The position numbers were made by a program, and so were the translations under genes. A stretch of 64,000 bases of DNA, taken from NCBI GenBank assembly GCA_051294905.1, contig CM119372.1, positions 28,398,001-28,462,000 of the forward strand. The letters run 5' to 3'. The notes under the pieces are model-generated. The model was not told the origin of the DNA. It ran no database searches and was given only the letters and a program-made list of their open reading frames with translations. The DNA is from Botryllus schlosseri (lineage: Eukaryota). Below, one piece after another: positions 1-14,860 of this stretch (positions within the stretch are counted from its first letter, which is position 1; each line of letters starts with the position of its first letter).

Positions 1-2170
1 CGGTTAACCACATACAATATACTCTTGTACACAGAAATGTATGTTTCGGAAAATTGGACAATAGGCTTCGATAGTTCTGTGATGTCCGGGTTCGTGCTTT
101 GGATTTTCCAGAGTCAAAATGTCTGAATAAAACACCTCCTCGACGATGGTTGGTATGTGGATAACGGTGTTCGGAAAACGGTTGGATTTATGTCACCAAT
201 CGCGATGACAATTCCAGGTCGAGTTTTCCCCCGCATGTTTACTATATTGTGTCTTTATTGGTCAATGTATGTCTCGACATTCAGTTTGAAATCGGAAACC
301 CTGATAAAGTATGTAACCGGATCCGGATATCAACTCTGAATCGCTGAACCAATGAACAATATTCAAAGTAAACATGTTACACCCTGTGTTTCCACGAAAA
401 TATACCATCCAGACATACGTCGCGCTTGTTTACCCACAACAGTATACGCGTAAATGGAGGTGTGTGACATTGCATGCAATGTGTTGGTATACAAACATCG
501 GGGAGTAAGCCTTCGATCCACAGACATTATCATAGCCGGTAGTTTTAATGTAGATCGAATGTCATCACACCTGATAACAATGTCATACCAATAAGCCACA
601 TTGCAATGACTCTGAGTCAATCTGAAGCAGGACATACAGACACCGTTCACTGATTTACTCGATTGTTTTATCGCGTTGTAACATTACAAGATAGTCATGA
701 CCCTATCTCCGGACAGACGTCCCAGATCAATTGGATACATGGGTCAATATCCATCGTGTTGTCGAGACCGAAGTTTTCTGCTGAGACTGCAGCGTTTCAC
801 CAATGTGAACTATCGAAGTACGGTGCTCGAAATGATTGTGATCAGTCTTTCAGACACGATGCGAGGATGTCGCTACTCCCACATAACGACTCCAGATAAA
901 TATCGTGAACAGTGATTCTGAAAATCTCGGACTGATACTGTGATCCAATAAGGTATGTTTCTGTGGAATGAAGACTGCAATCGTACACCACAATAGAACA
1001 CTACCTCGCGATTTCACACACAATCATAAAACACATCATCGTAAGGGTCCAGTTCGTCCGGCAACATTTCGAAACGGTCATCGCCACAAGAGATCGGGTT
1101 GGTCTCGTCGTATCGGTAGCATTTTGACACTGTCATCACCACAAGGCTATTGACGTCGTTTCGGTTGGTCATGTCAATCCGTTTTACAATTTACCGTTTT
1201 TCAACTCCCCGCACCATACTGTTACGACACAGACAAGAAGCGTCGGTGGAAATGATAAAACACGGAAGGCACACTTTGGTGTTATTTGATATGGATTTTA
1301 CACCAGACGAACCTCACATTCGAGCGATGCATTTGAATGGTGATTGTATTATTGATGTCCAAGGAAAAGAAATGTATCGATTTATCGGTTTCGTACATAT
1401 TCAACAAAAACCTGGGTATATGATTGTGCACGGTTCGCATATTTGACTGTGATCACAATATTGGTATGTGCTGTACAGTTCACTTTCACTGTCGTGCGAA
1501 TAACCCATGTTACGGTTCCATGTTTGTGTGTCTGTATGTCCTGCTTCAGATTGACTCAGAGTCATTGCAATGTGGCTTATTGGTATGACATTGTTATCAG
1601 GTGTGATGACATTCGATCTACATTAAAACTACCGGCTATGATAATGTCTGTGGATCGAAGGCTTACTCCCCGATGTTTGTATACCAACACATTGCATGCA
1701 ATGTCACACACCTCCATTTACGCGTATACTGTTGTGGGTAAACAAGCGCGACGTATGTCTGGATGGTATATTTTCGTGGAAACACAGGGTGTAACATGTT
1801 TACTTTGAATATTGTTCATTGGTTCAGCGATTCAGAGTTGATATCCGGATCCGGTTACATACTTTATCAGGGTTTCCGATTTCAAACTGAATGTCGAGAC
1901 ATACATTGACCAATAAAGACACAATATAGTAAACATGCGGGGGAAAACTCGACCTGGAATTGTCATCGCGATTGGTGACATAAATCCAACCGTTTTCCGA
2001 ACACCGTTATCCACATACCAACCATCGTCGAGGAGGTGTTTTATTCAGACATTTTGACTCTGGAAAATCCAAAGCACGAACCCGGACATCACAGAACTAT
2101 CGAAGCCTATTGTCCAATTTTCCGAAACATACATTTCTGTGTACAAGAGTATATTGTATGTGGTTAACCG
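1..2170. repeat. Inverted repeat, copy 1: left arm 1-643 (truncated by window), spacer 644-1527, matching right arm 1528-2170
   Basis: 1-643 is the reverse complement of 1528-2170. Mirror ORFs: 157..339+ and 1832..2014-. Confidence 0.97.
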
Positions 2171-2309
2171 ATGATATTGATGTGATACGCCTGATGGAGG
2201 TATACTCTGTAACCGGTAGTCCGTGTATGTTTCCGTCACTGTTCGTTGTAATCTATTTCAAACTATCGTCAATACAACAAATACCAAATTGTCAGGTGCG
2301 TTTGTCAGA

Positions 2310-3040
2310 TTTCAAAATGAAAATGGTTTTGTTACTCTAGGAAAAGCTAGATGACCAAGAGAAAATTTATTGTTACACTAGGTAAACGCCGGATCTCCAA
2401 AGGAAAATGATATTTTTACTAAGGTAAACGACGACCCACCAAGTGAAAATGGTTTGTTGCTCAGGGAAAAAATATATTTCCAAGTGAAAAAGGTTTGTTA
2501 CCCAGAGAAAAAATATATTTCCAAGTGAAAAAGGTTTGTTACCCAGAGAAAAAATATATTTCCAAGTGAAAAAGGTTTGGTACCAAGAGAAAAAATATAT
2601 TTCCAAGTGAAAAAGGTTTGTTACCAAGAGAAAAAATATATTTCCAAGTGAAAAAGGTTTGTTACCAAGAGAAAAAATATATTTCCAAGTGAAAAAGGTT
2701 TGTTGCTCAGGGAAAAAATATATTTCCAAGTAAAAATGGTCTGTTGCTCAAGGAAAAAATATATTTCCAAGTGAAAATGATCTGTTGCTCAAGGAAAAAA
2801 TATATTTCCTAGCGAAAAAAGGTTTGTTACCCGGGGGGAAAAATATATTTGCAAGTGAAAAAGGTTTGTTACCCGGGGAAAAATAGATTTCCAAAGGAAA
2901 GGGGGTTTGTTACTCTTGGAAACGATAGACCCCCAAGTGAAAATGTTTTGTTACTCTGATTAAACGATAAATCTCCAAAGAATAATGGTATTTTTACTCA
3001 GGTAACGACTGACCTCCAGGTGAAAATGGTAATTTTACTT
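2310..3040 (+). repeat. 41-bp tandem array (CCAAGTGAAAAAGGTTTGTTACCCAGAGAAAAAATATATTT), degenerate at the edges
   Basis: Units start at 2480, 2521, 2562 and onward. Confidence 0.95.
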
Positions 3041-5281
3041 GGGTAGGTATCGTATGTTTAGTGTCGTTGGTGTTGTTAAAAGTAGCTGTCGAGCTGTACA
3101 ATATGCTTGTCGTGAGTCTACAATTACGAAGGGAGAGAATGAAATTGCTATTATGAGTGCCAGAAGGTTGTTGTATGTAGATTTGACAGTAACCCTATCA
3201 TTCGCATATGACAAACACAATCATGACCATTAACTAACTTGCTCGGTCTCGATCAATGCAAAAGAGATGATGAGTTTTTTGAAACCGTAGCGAAGAGCAC
3301 ATGTAAATCTATGCGATAGACTTCTATCTCCTTACATTCAGTCGTGTCGTGTCCATTTTAATACGGATCCCACATGTATGACATGCACACACTAACGCCG
3401 TAAACAGAAGTCGATGATTTTGATTAATAAAAATATTTCTTGACTACATCGGAATGTCTATGTTGTAGAAAGTAAATACTTTTATGGTGTTGTGTGTTTA
3501 ATGAAAGCGATTGGTTACAAGTATGTTTTGGCGGAATAAAATTTATTTTTCTGTATGTGACGAAATGAAAATAGATTCGTGGTTTTAATTGAATTGTGAC
3601 TGTGTTGTTTTAATGTACGTTTCAACAGGTAGACTTGACACTGAACAACAATTCGACCCACAAAACATATTCGTTGTATGATTTGTCACTGGTGTGTAAA
3701 GGGTTAGGAATATTTTGAATGATAATATCTACTAGCTGTTTTGTTGTGAGGGCGATCATGTGATGACTCAGCACTTTTCGTTAGCAAAGTAGATTGATCT
3801 ATGTGAAAGATGTAAGGACCGTGGCTAGAAACATATGTACTTTCTTGTTGGAGTAGCTGATTTACTGCTATGGTATTGACATAACCCTCTGGAAGTGAGT
3901 ATGCTTTTCTTCACGAAAGTTTACGTGGCTCCGTTGTAATAAATTTGTGTTAACTAAACTCGGATGGATACCACAATTGCGCTGGACTTACACATGGGAT
4001 TCGCATACTGTACACATACAAACTTTTGTGTAAACAACTCTGTGATGTTTCTGTTAGTACTAGTTCTAGTTCTGTGTTGAATTATTTGATTATTAAGATA
4101 CATGAACACCCATTCAGACAATAAAGGTCTTGTGATATCGAAACAGTTTGTAGAGTCTAACCAACCATTCTTTAGTTTCGTAATGCGAGAATATCGAGTA
4201 AAGTTAATTACTTAGTGCGATGTTAATATACTTCGTACTTTTGTAAGAGTTGTGGGGTAACATACAAAGTACCTAATTGACACAAACAAAATATTGAATG
4301 AAGGTTCGTCTGTTGTTTTCATAAGTCAAGAGAGTGGAAATTGTTGTTGTTGTTTTTGATACACTAAATCGAAATAGTGTGAAAGCGTCACCAATCATTG
4401 CGTATGTTCGTAGCATGGAATATCGAATATTTTCGTGTACCATGAATATCTTTCATATGTCTTCGGTAAGAAATGAGTTATTTGGGATAATAATTAGTGT
4501 CCTACAGTAAAACTTGTTGTGTTTGATTGCATACTTTTTTATCATTGTTTGTTGTTGAAAGACGGGCGAGTTTACATTTAAATATAGTAAGCAGAACAAC
4601 TCAAGTAATAAATTTTACTCGTTTGAAAATCGACAACGGAAAAAATACCGATGAATGGGGTAACACTATCAATATTAGCGGTATATTATTTTTCGCGGTA
4701 TGTACCAATATTCTAAGCATAACTTGTCAAAAATTTATCATGTCATAGAAAAGTAGTCGGTTGTTATGAATTCGAAACAAATGTACTTTGATTATCACGA
4801 TGATGGAAATTACGATCAACACAGTATTTCGTAAGTGAATGTGTATCGCTTGGTATGTTCAGCAGTCACTAAATGACAAAAATAGCAAACTGATGCAACC
4901 CAGTAGTTAAACGATACAGTTACAAGTTGGATGTAATCTTGATTTACAGATGACAGCTTGATGAGTATTGTGATGACATTTACTTTAGCGAATGATAACG
5001 GAAAAATTTTCGGTTGCATTGTCGGTGTATGTGTTAGACAAATAATTCTAGTACACCTAACTATAGGATACATTTGGCAAACATCGTACAAATTGTTTCG
5101 TTGTGCTGGTAACGACTTTCGGCGGTTTGGTTTCATGTCGGGAATTATTATTTGGGGGTTCAAAAACAATCAATACTACAAATGAACAACAATACAAAAC
5201 ACGTTAAGTGAATTACAGTGTAGCAAGTACTTCCTCGATATTACGATTGTTGTGTAACAGACATTTGTAACTGAATTGAAT

Positions 5282-5381
5282 NNNNNNNNNNNNNNNNNNN
5301 NNNNNNNNNNNNNNNNNNNNNNNNNNNNNNNNNNNNNNNNNNNNNNNNNNNNNNNNNNNNNNNNNNNNNNNNNNNNNNNNN
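5282..5381. other. Assembly gap (100 N)
   Basis: Run of N. Confidence 1.
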
Positions 5382-6445
5382 CATGTATCTTAATAATCAA
5401 ATAATTCAACACAGAACTAGAACTAGTACTAACAGAAACATCACAGAGTTGTTTACACAAAAGTTTGTATGTGTACAGTATGCGAATACCATGTGTAAGT
5501 CCAGCGCAATTGTGGTATCCATCCGAGTTTAGTTAACACAAATTTATTACAACGGAGCCACGTAAACTTTCGTGAAGAAAAGCATACTCACTTCCAGAGG
5601 GTTATGTCAATACCATAGCAGTAAATCAGCTACTCCAACAAGAAAGTACATATGTTTCTAGCCACGGTCCTTACATCTTTCACATAGATCAATCTACTTT
5701 GCTAACGAAAAGTGCTGAGTCATCACATGATCGCCCTCACAACAAAACAGCTAGTAGATATTATCATTCAAAATATTCCTAACCCTTTACACACCAGTGA
5801 CAAATCATACAACGAATATGTTTTGTGGGTCGAATTGTTGTTCAGTGTCAAGTCTACCTGTTGAAACGTACATTAAAACAACACAGTCACAATTCAATTA
5901 AAACCACGAATCTATTTTCATTTCGTCACATACAGAAAAATAAATTTTATTCCGCCAAAACATACTTGTAACCAATCGCTTTCATTAAACACACAACACC
6001 ATAAAAGTATTTACTTTCTACAACATAGACATTCCGATGTAGTCAAGAAATATTTTTATTAATCAAAATCATCGACTTCTGTTTACGGCGTTAGTGTGTG
6101 CATGTCATACATGTGGGATCCGTATTAAAATGGACACGACACGACTGAATGTAAGGAGATAGAAGTCTATCGCATAGATTTACATGTGCTCTTCGCTACG
6201 GTTTCAAAAAACTCATCATCTCTTTTGCATTGATCGAGACCGAGCAAGTTAGTTAATGGTCATGATTGTGTTTGTCATATGCGAATGATAGGGTTACTGT
6301 CAAATCTACATACAACAACCTTCTGGCACTCATAATAGCAATTTCATTCTCTCCCTTCGTAATTGTAGACTCACGACAAGCATATTGTACAGCTCGACAG
6401 CTACTTTTAACAACACCAACGACACTAAACATACGATACCTACCC

Positions 6446-7176
6446 AAGTAAAATTACCATTTTCACCTGGAGGTCAGTCGTTACCTGAGTAAAAATACCA
6501 TTATTCTTTGGAGATTTATCGTTTAATCAGAGTAACAAAACATTTTCACTTGGGGGTCTATCGTTTCCAAGAGTAACAAACCCCCTTTCCTTTGGAAATC
6601 TATTTTTCCCCGGGTAACAAACCTTTTTCACTTGCAAATATATTTTTCCCCCCGGGTAACAAACCTTTTTTCGCTAGGAAATATATTTTTTCCTTGAGCA
6701 ACAGATCATTTTCACTTGGAAATATATTTTTTCCTTGAGCAACAGACCATTTTTACTTGGAAATATATTTTTTCCCTGAGCAACAAACCTTTTTCACTTG
6801 GAAATATATTTTTTCTCTTGGTAACAAACCTTTTTCACTTGGAAATATATTTTTTCTCTTGGTAACAAACCTTTTTCACTTGGAAATATATTTTTTCTCT
6901 TGGTACCAAACCTTTTTCACTTGGAAATATATTTTTTCTCTGGGTAACAAACCTTTTTCACTTGGAAATATATTTTTTCTCTGGGTAACAAACCTTTTTC
7001 ACTTGGAAATATATTTTTTCCCTGAGCAACAAACCATTTTCACTTGGTGGGTCGTCGTTTACCTTAGTAAAAATATCATTTTCCTTTGGAGATCCGGCGT
7101 TTACCTAGTGTAACAATAAATTTTCTCTTGGTCATCTAGCTTTTCCTAGAGTAACAAAACCATTTTCATTTTGAAA
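6446..7176 (-). repeat. 41-bp tandem array, inverted copy
   Basis: Reverse complement of the array at 9625-10355. Confidence 0.95.
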
Positions 7177-7315
7177 TCTGACAAACGCACCTGACAATTT
7201 GGTATTTGTTGTATTGACGATAGTTTGAAATAGATTACAACGAACAGTGACGGAAACATACACGGACTACCGGTTACAGAGTATACCTCCATCAGGCGTA
7301 TCACATCAATATCAT

Positions 7316-10300
7316 CGGTTAACCACATACAATATACTCTTGTACACAGAAATGTATGTTTCGGAAAATTGGACAATAGGCTTCGATAGTTCTGTGATGT
7401 CCGGGTTCGTGCTTTGGATTTTCCAGAGTCAAAATGTCTGAATAAAACACCTCCTCGACGATGGTTGGTATGTGGATAACGGTGTTCGGAAAACGGTTGG
7501 ATTTATGTCACCAATCGCGATGACAATTCCAGGTCGAGTTTTCCCCCGCATGTTTACTATATTGTGTCTTTATTGGTCAATGTATGTCTCGACATTCAGT
7601 TTGAAATCGGAAACCCTGATAAAGTATGTAACCGGATCCGGATATCAACTCTGAATCGCTGAACCAATGAACAATATTCAAAGTAAACATGTTACACCCT
7701 GTGTTTCCACGAAAATATACCATCCAGACATACGTCGCGCTTGTTTACCCACAACAGTATACGCGTAAATGGAGGTGTGTGACATTGCATGCAATGTGTT
7801 GGTATACAAACATCGGGGAGTAAGCCTTCGATCCACAGACATTATCATAGCCGGTAGTTTTAATGTAGATCGAATGTCATCACACCTGATAACAATGTCA
7901 TACCAATAAGCCACATTGCAATGACTCTGAGTCAATCTGAAGCAGGACATACAGACACCGTTCACTGATTTACTCGATTGTTTTATCGCGTTGTAACATT
8001 ACAAGATAGTCATGACCCTATCTCCGGACAGACGTCCCAGATCAATTGGATACATGGGTCAATATCCATCGTGTTGTCGAGACCGAAGTTTTCTGCTGAG
8101 ACTGCAGCGTTTCACCAATGTGAACTATCGAAGTACGGTGCTCGAAATGATTGTGATCAGTCTTTCAGACACGATGCGAGGATGTCGCTACTCCCACATA
8201 ACGACTCCAGATAAATATCGTGAACAGTGATTCTGAAAATCTCGGACTGATACTGTGATCCAATAAGGTATGTTTCTGTGGAATGAAGACTGCAATCGTA
8301 CACCACAATAGAACACTACCTCGCGATTTCACACACAATCATAAAACACATCATCGTAAGGGTCCAGTTCGTCCGGCAACATTTCGAAACGGTCATCGCC
8401 ACAAGAGATCGGGTTGGTCTCGTCGTATCGGTAGCATTTTGACACTGTCATCACCACAAGGCTATTGACGTCGTTTCGGTTGGTCATGTCAATCCGTTTT
8501 ACAATTTACCGTTTTTCAACTCCCCGCACCATACTGTTACGACACAGACAAGAAGCGTCGGTGGAAATGATAAAACACGGAAGGCACACTTTGGTGTTAT
8601 TTGATATGGATTTTACACCAGACGAACCTCACATTCGAGCGATGCATTTGAATGGTGATTGTATTATTGATGTCCAAGGAAAAGAAATGTATCGATTTAT
8701 CGGTTTCGTACATATTCAACAAAAACCTGGGTATATGATTGTGCACGGTTCGCATATTTGACTGTGATCACAATATTGGTATGTGCTGTACAGTTCACTT
8801 TCACTGTCGTGCGAATAACCCATGTTACGGTTCCATGTTTGTGTGTCTGTATGTCCTGCTTCAGATTGACTCAGAGTCATTGCAATGTGGCTTATTGGTA
8901 TGACATTGTTATCAGGTGTGATGACATTCGATCTACATTAAAACTACCGGCTATGATAATGTCTGTGGATCGAAGGCTTACTCCCCGATGTTTGTATACC
9001 AACACATTGCATGCAATGTCACACACCTCCATTTACGCGTATACTGTTGTGGGTAAACAAGCGCGACGTATGTCTGGATGGTATATTTTCGTGGAAACAC
9101 AGGGTGTAACATGTTTACTTTGAATATTGTTCATTGGTTCAGCGATTCAGAGTTGATATCCGGATCCGGTTACATACTTTATCAGGGTTTCCGATTTCAA
9201 ACTGAATGTCGAGACATACATTGACCAATAAAGACACAATATAGTAAACATGCGGGGGAAAACTCGACCTGGAATTGTCATCGCGATTGGTGACATAAAT
9301 CCAACCGTTTTCCGAACACCGTTATCCACATACCAACCATCGTCGAGGAGGTGTTTTATTCAGACATTTTGACTCTGGAAAATCCAAAGCACGAACCCGG
9401 ACATCACAGAACTATCGAAGCCTATTGTCCAATTTTCCGAAACATACATTTCTGTGTACAAGAGTATATTGTATGTGGTTAACCGATGATATTGATGTGA
9501 TACGCCTGATGGAGGTATACTCTGTAACCGGTAGTCCGTGTATGTTTCCGTCACTGTTCGTTGTAATCTATTTCAAACTATCGTCAATACAACAAATACC
9601 AAATTGTCAGGTGCGTTTGTCAGATTTCAAAATGAAAATGGTTTTGTTACTCTAGGAAAAGCTAGATGACCAAGAGAAAATTTATTGTTACACTAGGTAA
9701 ACGCCGGATCTCCAAAGGAAAATGATATTTTTACTAAGGTAAACGACGACCCACCAAGTGAAAATGGTTTGTTGCTCAGGGAAAAAATATATTTCCAAGT
9801 GAAAAAGGTTTGTTACCCAGAGAAAAAATATATTTCCAAGTGAAAAAGGTTTGTTACCCAGAGAAAAAATATATTTCCAAGTGAAAAAGGTTTGGTACCA
9901 AGAGAAAAAATATATTTCCAAGTGAAAAAGGTTTGTTACCAAGAGAAAAAATATATTTCCAAGTGAAAAAGGTTTGTTACCAAGAGAAAAAATATATTTC
10001 CAAGTGAAAAAGGTTTGTTGCTCAGGGAAAAAATATATTTCCAAGTAAAAATGGTCTGTTGCTCAAGGAAAAAATATATTTCCAAGTGAAAATGATCTGT
10101 TGCTCAAGGAAAAAATATATTTCCTAGCGAAAAAAGGTTTGTTACCCGGGGGGAAAAATATATTTGCAAGTGAAAAAGGTTTGTTACCCGGGGAAAAATA
10201 GATTTCCAAAGGAAAGGGGGTTTGTTACTCTTGGAAACGATAGACCCCCAAGTGAAAATGTTTTGTTACTCTGATTAAACGATAAATCTCCAAAGAATAA

Positions 10301-12596
10301 TGGTATTTTTACTCAGGTAACGACTGACCTCCAGGTGAAAATGGTAATTTTACTTGGGTAGGTATCGTATGTTTAGTGTCGTTGGTGTTGTTAAAAGTAG
10401 CTGTCGAGCTGTACAATATGCTTGTCGTGAGTCTACAATTACGAAGGGAGAGAATGAAATTGCTATTATGAGTGCCAGAAGGTTGTTGTATGTAGATTTG
10501 ACAGTAACCCTATCATTCGCATATGACAAACACAATCATGACCATTAACTAACTTGCTCGGTCTCGATCAATGCAAAAGAGATGATGAGTTTTTTGAAAC
10601 CGTAGCGAAGAGCACATGTAAATCTATGCGATAGACTTCTATCTCCTTACATTCAGTCGTGTCGTGTCCATTTTAATACGGATCCCACATGTATGACATG
10701 CACACACTAACGCCGTAAACAGAAGTCGATGATTTTGATTAATAAAAATATTTCTTGACTACATCGGAATGTCTATGTTGTAGAAAGTAAATACTTTTAT
10801 GGTGTTGTGTGTTTAATGAAAGCGATTGGTTACAAGTATGTTTTGGCGGAATAAAATTTATTTTTCTGTATGTGACGAAATGAAAATAGATTCGTGGTTT
10901 TAATTGAATTGTGACTGTGTTGTTTTAATGTACGTTTCAACAGGTAGACTTGACACTGAACAACAATTCGACCCACAAAACATATTCGTTGTATGATTTG
11001 TCACTGGTGTGTAAAGGGTTAGGAATATTTTGAATGATAATATCTACTAGCTGTTTTGTTGTGAGGGCGATCATGTGATGACTCAGCACTTTTCGTTAGC
11101 AAAGTAGATTGATCTATGTGAAAGATGTAAGGACCGTGGCTAGAAACATATGTACTTTCTTGTTGGAGTAGCTGATTTACTGCTATGGTATTGACATAAC
11201 CCTCTGGAAGTGAGTATGCTTTTCTTCACGAAAGTTTACGTGGCTCCGTTGTAATAAATTTGTGTTAACTAAACTCGGATGGATACCACAATTGCGCTGG
11301 ACTTACACATGGGATTCGCATACTGTACACATACAAACTTTTGTGTAAACAACTCTGTGATGTTTCTGTTAGTACTAGTTCTAGTTCTGTGTTGAATTAT
11401 TTGATTATTAAGATACATGAACACCCATTCAGACAATAAAGGTCTTGTGATATCGAAACAGTTTGTAGAGTCTAACCAACCATTCTTTAGTTTCGTAATG
11501 CGAGAATATCGAGTAAAGTTAATTACTTAGTGCGATGTTAATATACTTCGTACTTTTGTAAGAGTTGTGGGGTAACATACAAAGTACCTAATTGACACAA
11601 ACAAAATATTGAATGAAGGTTCGTCTGTTGTTTTCATAAGTCAAGAGAGTGGAAATTGTTGTTGTTGTTTTTGATACACTAAATCGAAATAGTGTGAAAG
11701 CGTCACCAATCATTGCGTATGTTCGTAGCATGGAATATCGAATATTTTCGTGTACCATGAATATCTTTCATATGTCTTCGGTAAGAAATGAGTTATTTGG
11801 GATAATAATTAGTGTCCTACAGTAAAACTTGTTGTGTTTGATTGCATACTTTTTTATCATTGTTTGTTGTTGAAAGACGGGCGAGTTTACATTTAAATAT
11901 AGTAAGCAGAACAACTCAAGTAATAAATTTTACTCGTTTGAAAATCGACAACGGAAAAAATACCGATGAATGGGGTAACACTATCAATATTAGCGGTATA
12001 TTATTTTTCGCGGTATGTACCAATATTCTAAGCATAACTTGTCAAAAATTTATCATGTCATAGAAAAGTAGTCGGTTGTTATGAATTCGAAACAAATGTA
12101 CTTTGATTATCACGATGATGGAAATTACGATCAACACAGTATTTCGTAAGTGAATGTGTATCGCTTGGTATGTTCAGCAGTCACTAAATGACAAAAATAG
12201 CAAACTGATGCAACCCAGTAGTTAAACGATACAGTTACAAGTTGGATGTAATCTTGATTTACAGATGACAGCTTGATGAGTATTGTGATGACATTTACTT
12301 TAGCGAATGATAACGGAAAAATTTTCGGTTGCATTGTCGGTGTATGTGTTAGACAAATAATTCTAGTACACCTAACTATAGGATACATTTGGCAAACATC
12401 GTACAAATTGTTTCGTTGTGCTGGTAACGACTTTCGGCGGTTTGGTTTCATGTCGGGAATTATTATTTGGGGGTTCAAAAACAATCAATACTACAAATGA
12501 ACAACAATACAAAACACGTTAAGTGAATTACAGTGTAGCAAGTACTTCCTCGATATTACGATTGTTGTGTAACAGACATTTGTAACTGAATTGAAT
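7316..12596 (+). repeat. Direct duplicate of 1-5281 (offset 7315)
   Basis: Identical ORFs at a constant 7315 offset. The first copy ends exactly at the gap. Confidence 0.97.
9625..10355 (+). repeat. 41-bp tandem array
   Basis: Same as 2310-3040. Confidence 0.95.
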
Positions 12597-13159
12597 GCAT
12601 CTAGCAAACATATTCCAATTTACTTTTGTAATGATCAAAGTATGTGAAATGGTGCGAATGGATTAGGTATTAATCAAGCGGCGGTATGTCAATTCACCTA
12701 GTGTGATATCTTGACGCCGGATAATGTGCGAAAGTGTTTCAATTCTCACTGCTGATTACGATGATAAAGTATTGTACCGGTTATTGTTTAACAAAGGAAA
12801 TTGTTGTTTCATCTTTAGTCTTGGTTAGTGGAGCCAATTACATTTGTAAAATATTTTCTGATATCCGCGATACGCAGGGTGATATGTACCAAGGTGGAAT
12901 AATTTTCCATTCAAGAACATTTCAGACACGCATAGTTTTACAACTCAATATGTTAATAACAACGGTACTGAAAAGTTTGTTGCTGTCCTAATAACCTTTA
13001 CCACAACGCCGGGTCTAATTAACCCGAATAATTTAATAATCAAGTCATGATAGACCATTACAAAATCTCATATGTTAAATCGATGTGACAATCCTTATGT
13101 TTACATCACGATAATTTTCGATATAACACCTGCGTTCGATTGTAAGAAACTACGTTGAT

Positions 13160-14860
13160 CAGACTTTCAAATGTCGTATACTCAAATATATTATGTTAAT
13201 CTCAAGTCACCTGCACCGAGTAGAAATTACTTTTGTCTTACAAAATATATCGAGTAGTAATTACTTTGTCTTGCAAAATAGTAACGACTTTTCCAGTTGA
13301 ACAAAAAAGACGAGTTGGTGGTATATGCCTAAAACCGAACTTGATATGTTTGTGGGTTGTAGTGATTACTTGCGTAGTCTTGTCTACTTTTCGTATGGAC
13401 ACTTTTTGCTTTGGTTCGGTGAGTTACAAACGGATTGACTTGACAAGGTTTGTGTATTTTACTCTTTTGTTGATGGTAAGATGGTGAGATGTCGAGACGT
13501 AATACTATTTCCGTACACTCAATTACAACAAAACATAACCCGCATTCAAATAAGCCGTAAGCTACAAGCGGATTTAAAACTTGATGCTGTTTTGTGGTTG
13601 ACTCAAGTCAGTAGTCATGTTTGTGTTGATTTCGGGAATGATCATGACGAGTTGGTCGGGTAAATTAGGTAATGTGGTAGTAACTATGACCTTACCGAGT
13701 TGCTGACATTCAAATATCTTTTACGACTTTAATTGTGATAAATTATTTCTCAGTTATTGTTCAGACATTCAAATGTCGTATACTCAAAATATAATATGTT
13801 CAAGTCGAATCGTGTATGCACCGATATAGTAAATACTTTGTCTTCAGAATAGTAACGACCTTTACAATCGAATAAAAAAAAGACCGATCATACGAATACA
13901 ACCAGGATGAATTAATTCAAATTTATGAGTTGTAGTGATATAATCAAGTAAGTGAAAACTAGATTTTTAACAATTGTTAATGTTGTGAATAATTCTTTTG
14001 AGTATGGTAAGATGTTAAAATATCTCTTTGACAAACGGAAAGCGGGACGTGAATAGAGATGCAATGTTACATTACTTGTTTCAAATCAATGTGTGTATAA
14101 TATCGAAACGGGACTGCGGGAAAGTTGGTAGTCATGTTTTTCAATCCTATTTCAATTCACACTACGCCAAAGTCAAAATATTCGGTTTCGGATTATCTCG
14201 ATTTACCTCTAGAACATCTCACGAATGGATTCCGACACCGTACTATAACTAGATCGCTATGTCTGATGCATTATCGTGTCAGTGACGTAGGATTTTTACA
14301 ATTATTTCACACCTTTTTGAATAAGCGTCAACTTCACAGAGGATTAGGGTTGGATCAGAAATAAGTGAGAATTTGTCGGTATTCGAATCACCGTCTACAC
14401 CGGCTCTGGTGTAAACTAATTACCAAAATATTACCTTGCGAGTGATTCCTAAATTTAGCAAACTAGTTCACACCCTTTTTGTTGAAAGTACGACATGTCG
14501 CTCGCAGCCTATACCCGGAAGTACGAATCACCGCCGCGCCCATAAGAATAACGATATATCATTGTTGCACTCACCGTGCCATTATCTTGTCAGCGATTGT
14601 GGGGTTTTGCAAACTATTTCACACATTTTTGAAGTGTTAGTTTGTGAACGCGGTTATTGTTGGTATTCGAATCGCCGTCTACGCCGGCTCTGTGGTAAAC
14701 TAATTACCGAAATATTACCTTGTGAGTGATCGGTATGTCTTTAACACCAAGTCACTAAAAATGGTTATGTCCGAGACATTATCTTGTTAGCGATCGCGGG
14801 ATTTGCAATCTATTTTACACTTTTTGAAGTGTTAATTTACGAGCGCGGTTATTTGTTGCT
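13160..14860 (+). repeat. Diverged internal tandem duplications (about 600-bp pair, then about 200-300-bp units)
   Basis: CAGAC(T/A)TTCAAATGTCGTATACTCAAA at ~13160 and ~13762. GGTATTCGAATC(A/G)CCGTCTAC...TAAACTAATTACC at ~14378 and ~14662. Confidence 0.8.

Larger units (their letters stand above)
5382..11419. repeat. Inverted repeat, copy 2: left arm 5382-7958, 884-bp spacer 7959-8842, right arm 8843-11419
   Basis: The 2577-bp arms are reverse complements; I saw one mismatch, at about 5488. The left arm is cut off by the N gap. The ORF track shows mirror-image ORFs. Confidence 0.97.

Noticed and set aside
2373..2729. 118-aa ORF (and copies at 6757 and 9688), or a CRISPR-like reading of the 41-bp array
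   Set aside because: The ORF is a by-product of the tandem repeat. Units are contiguous with no unique spacers and there are no cas genes.
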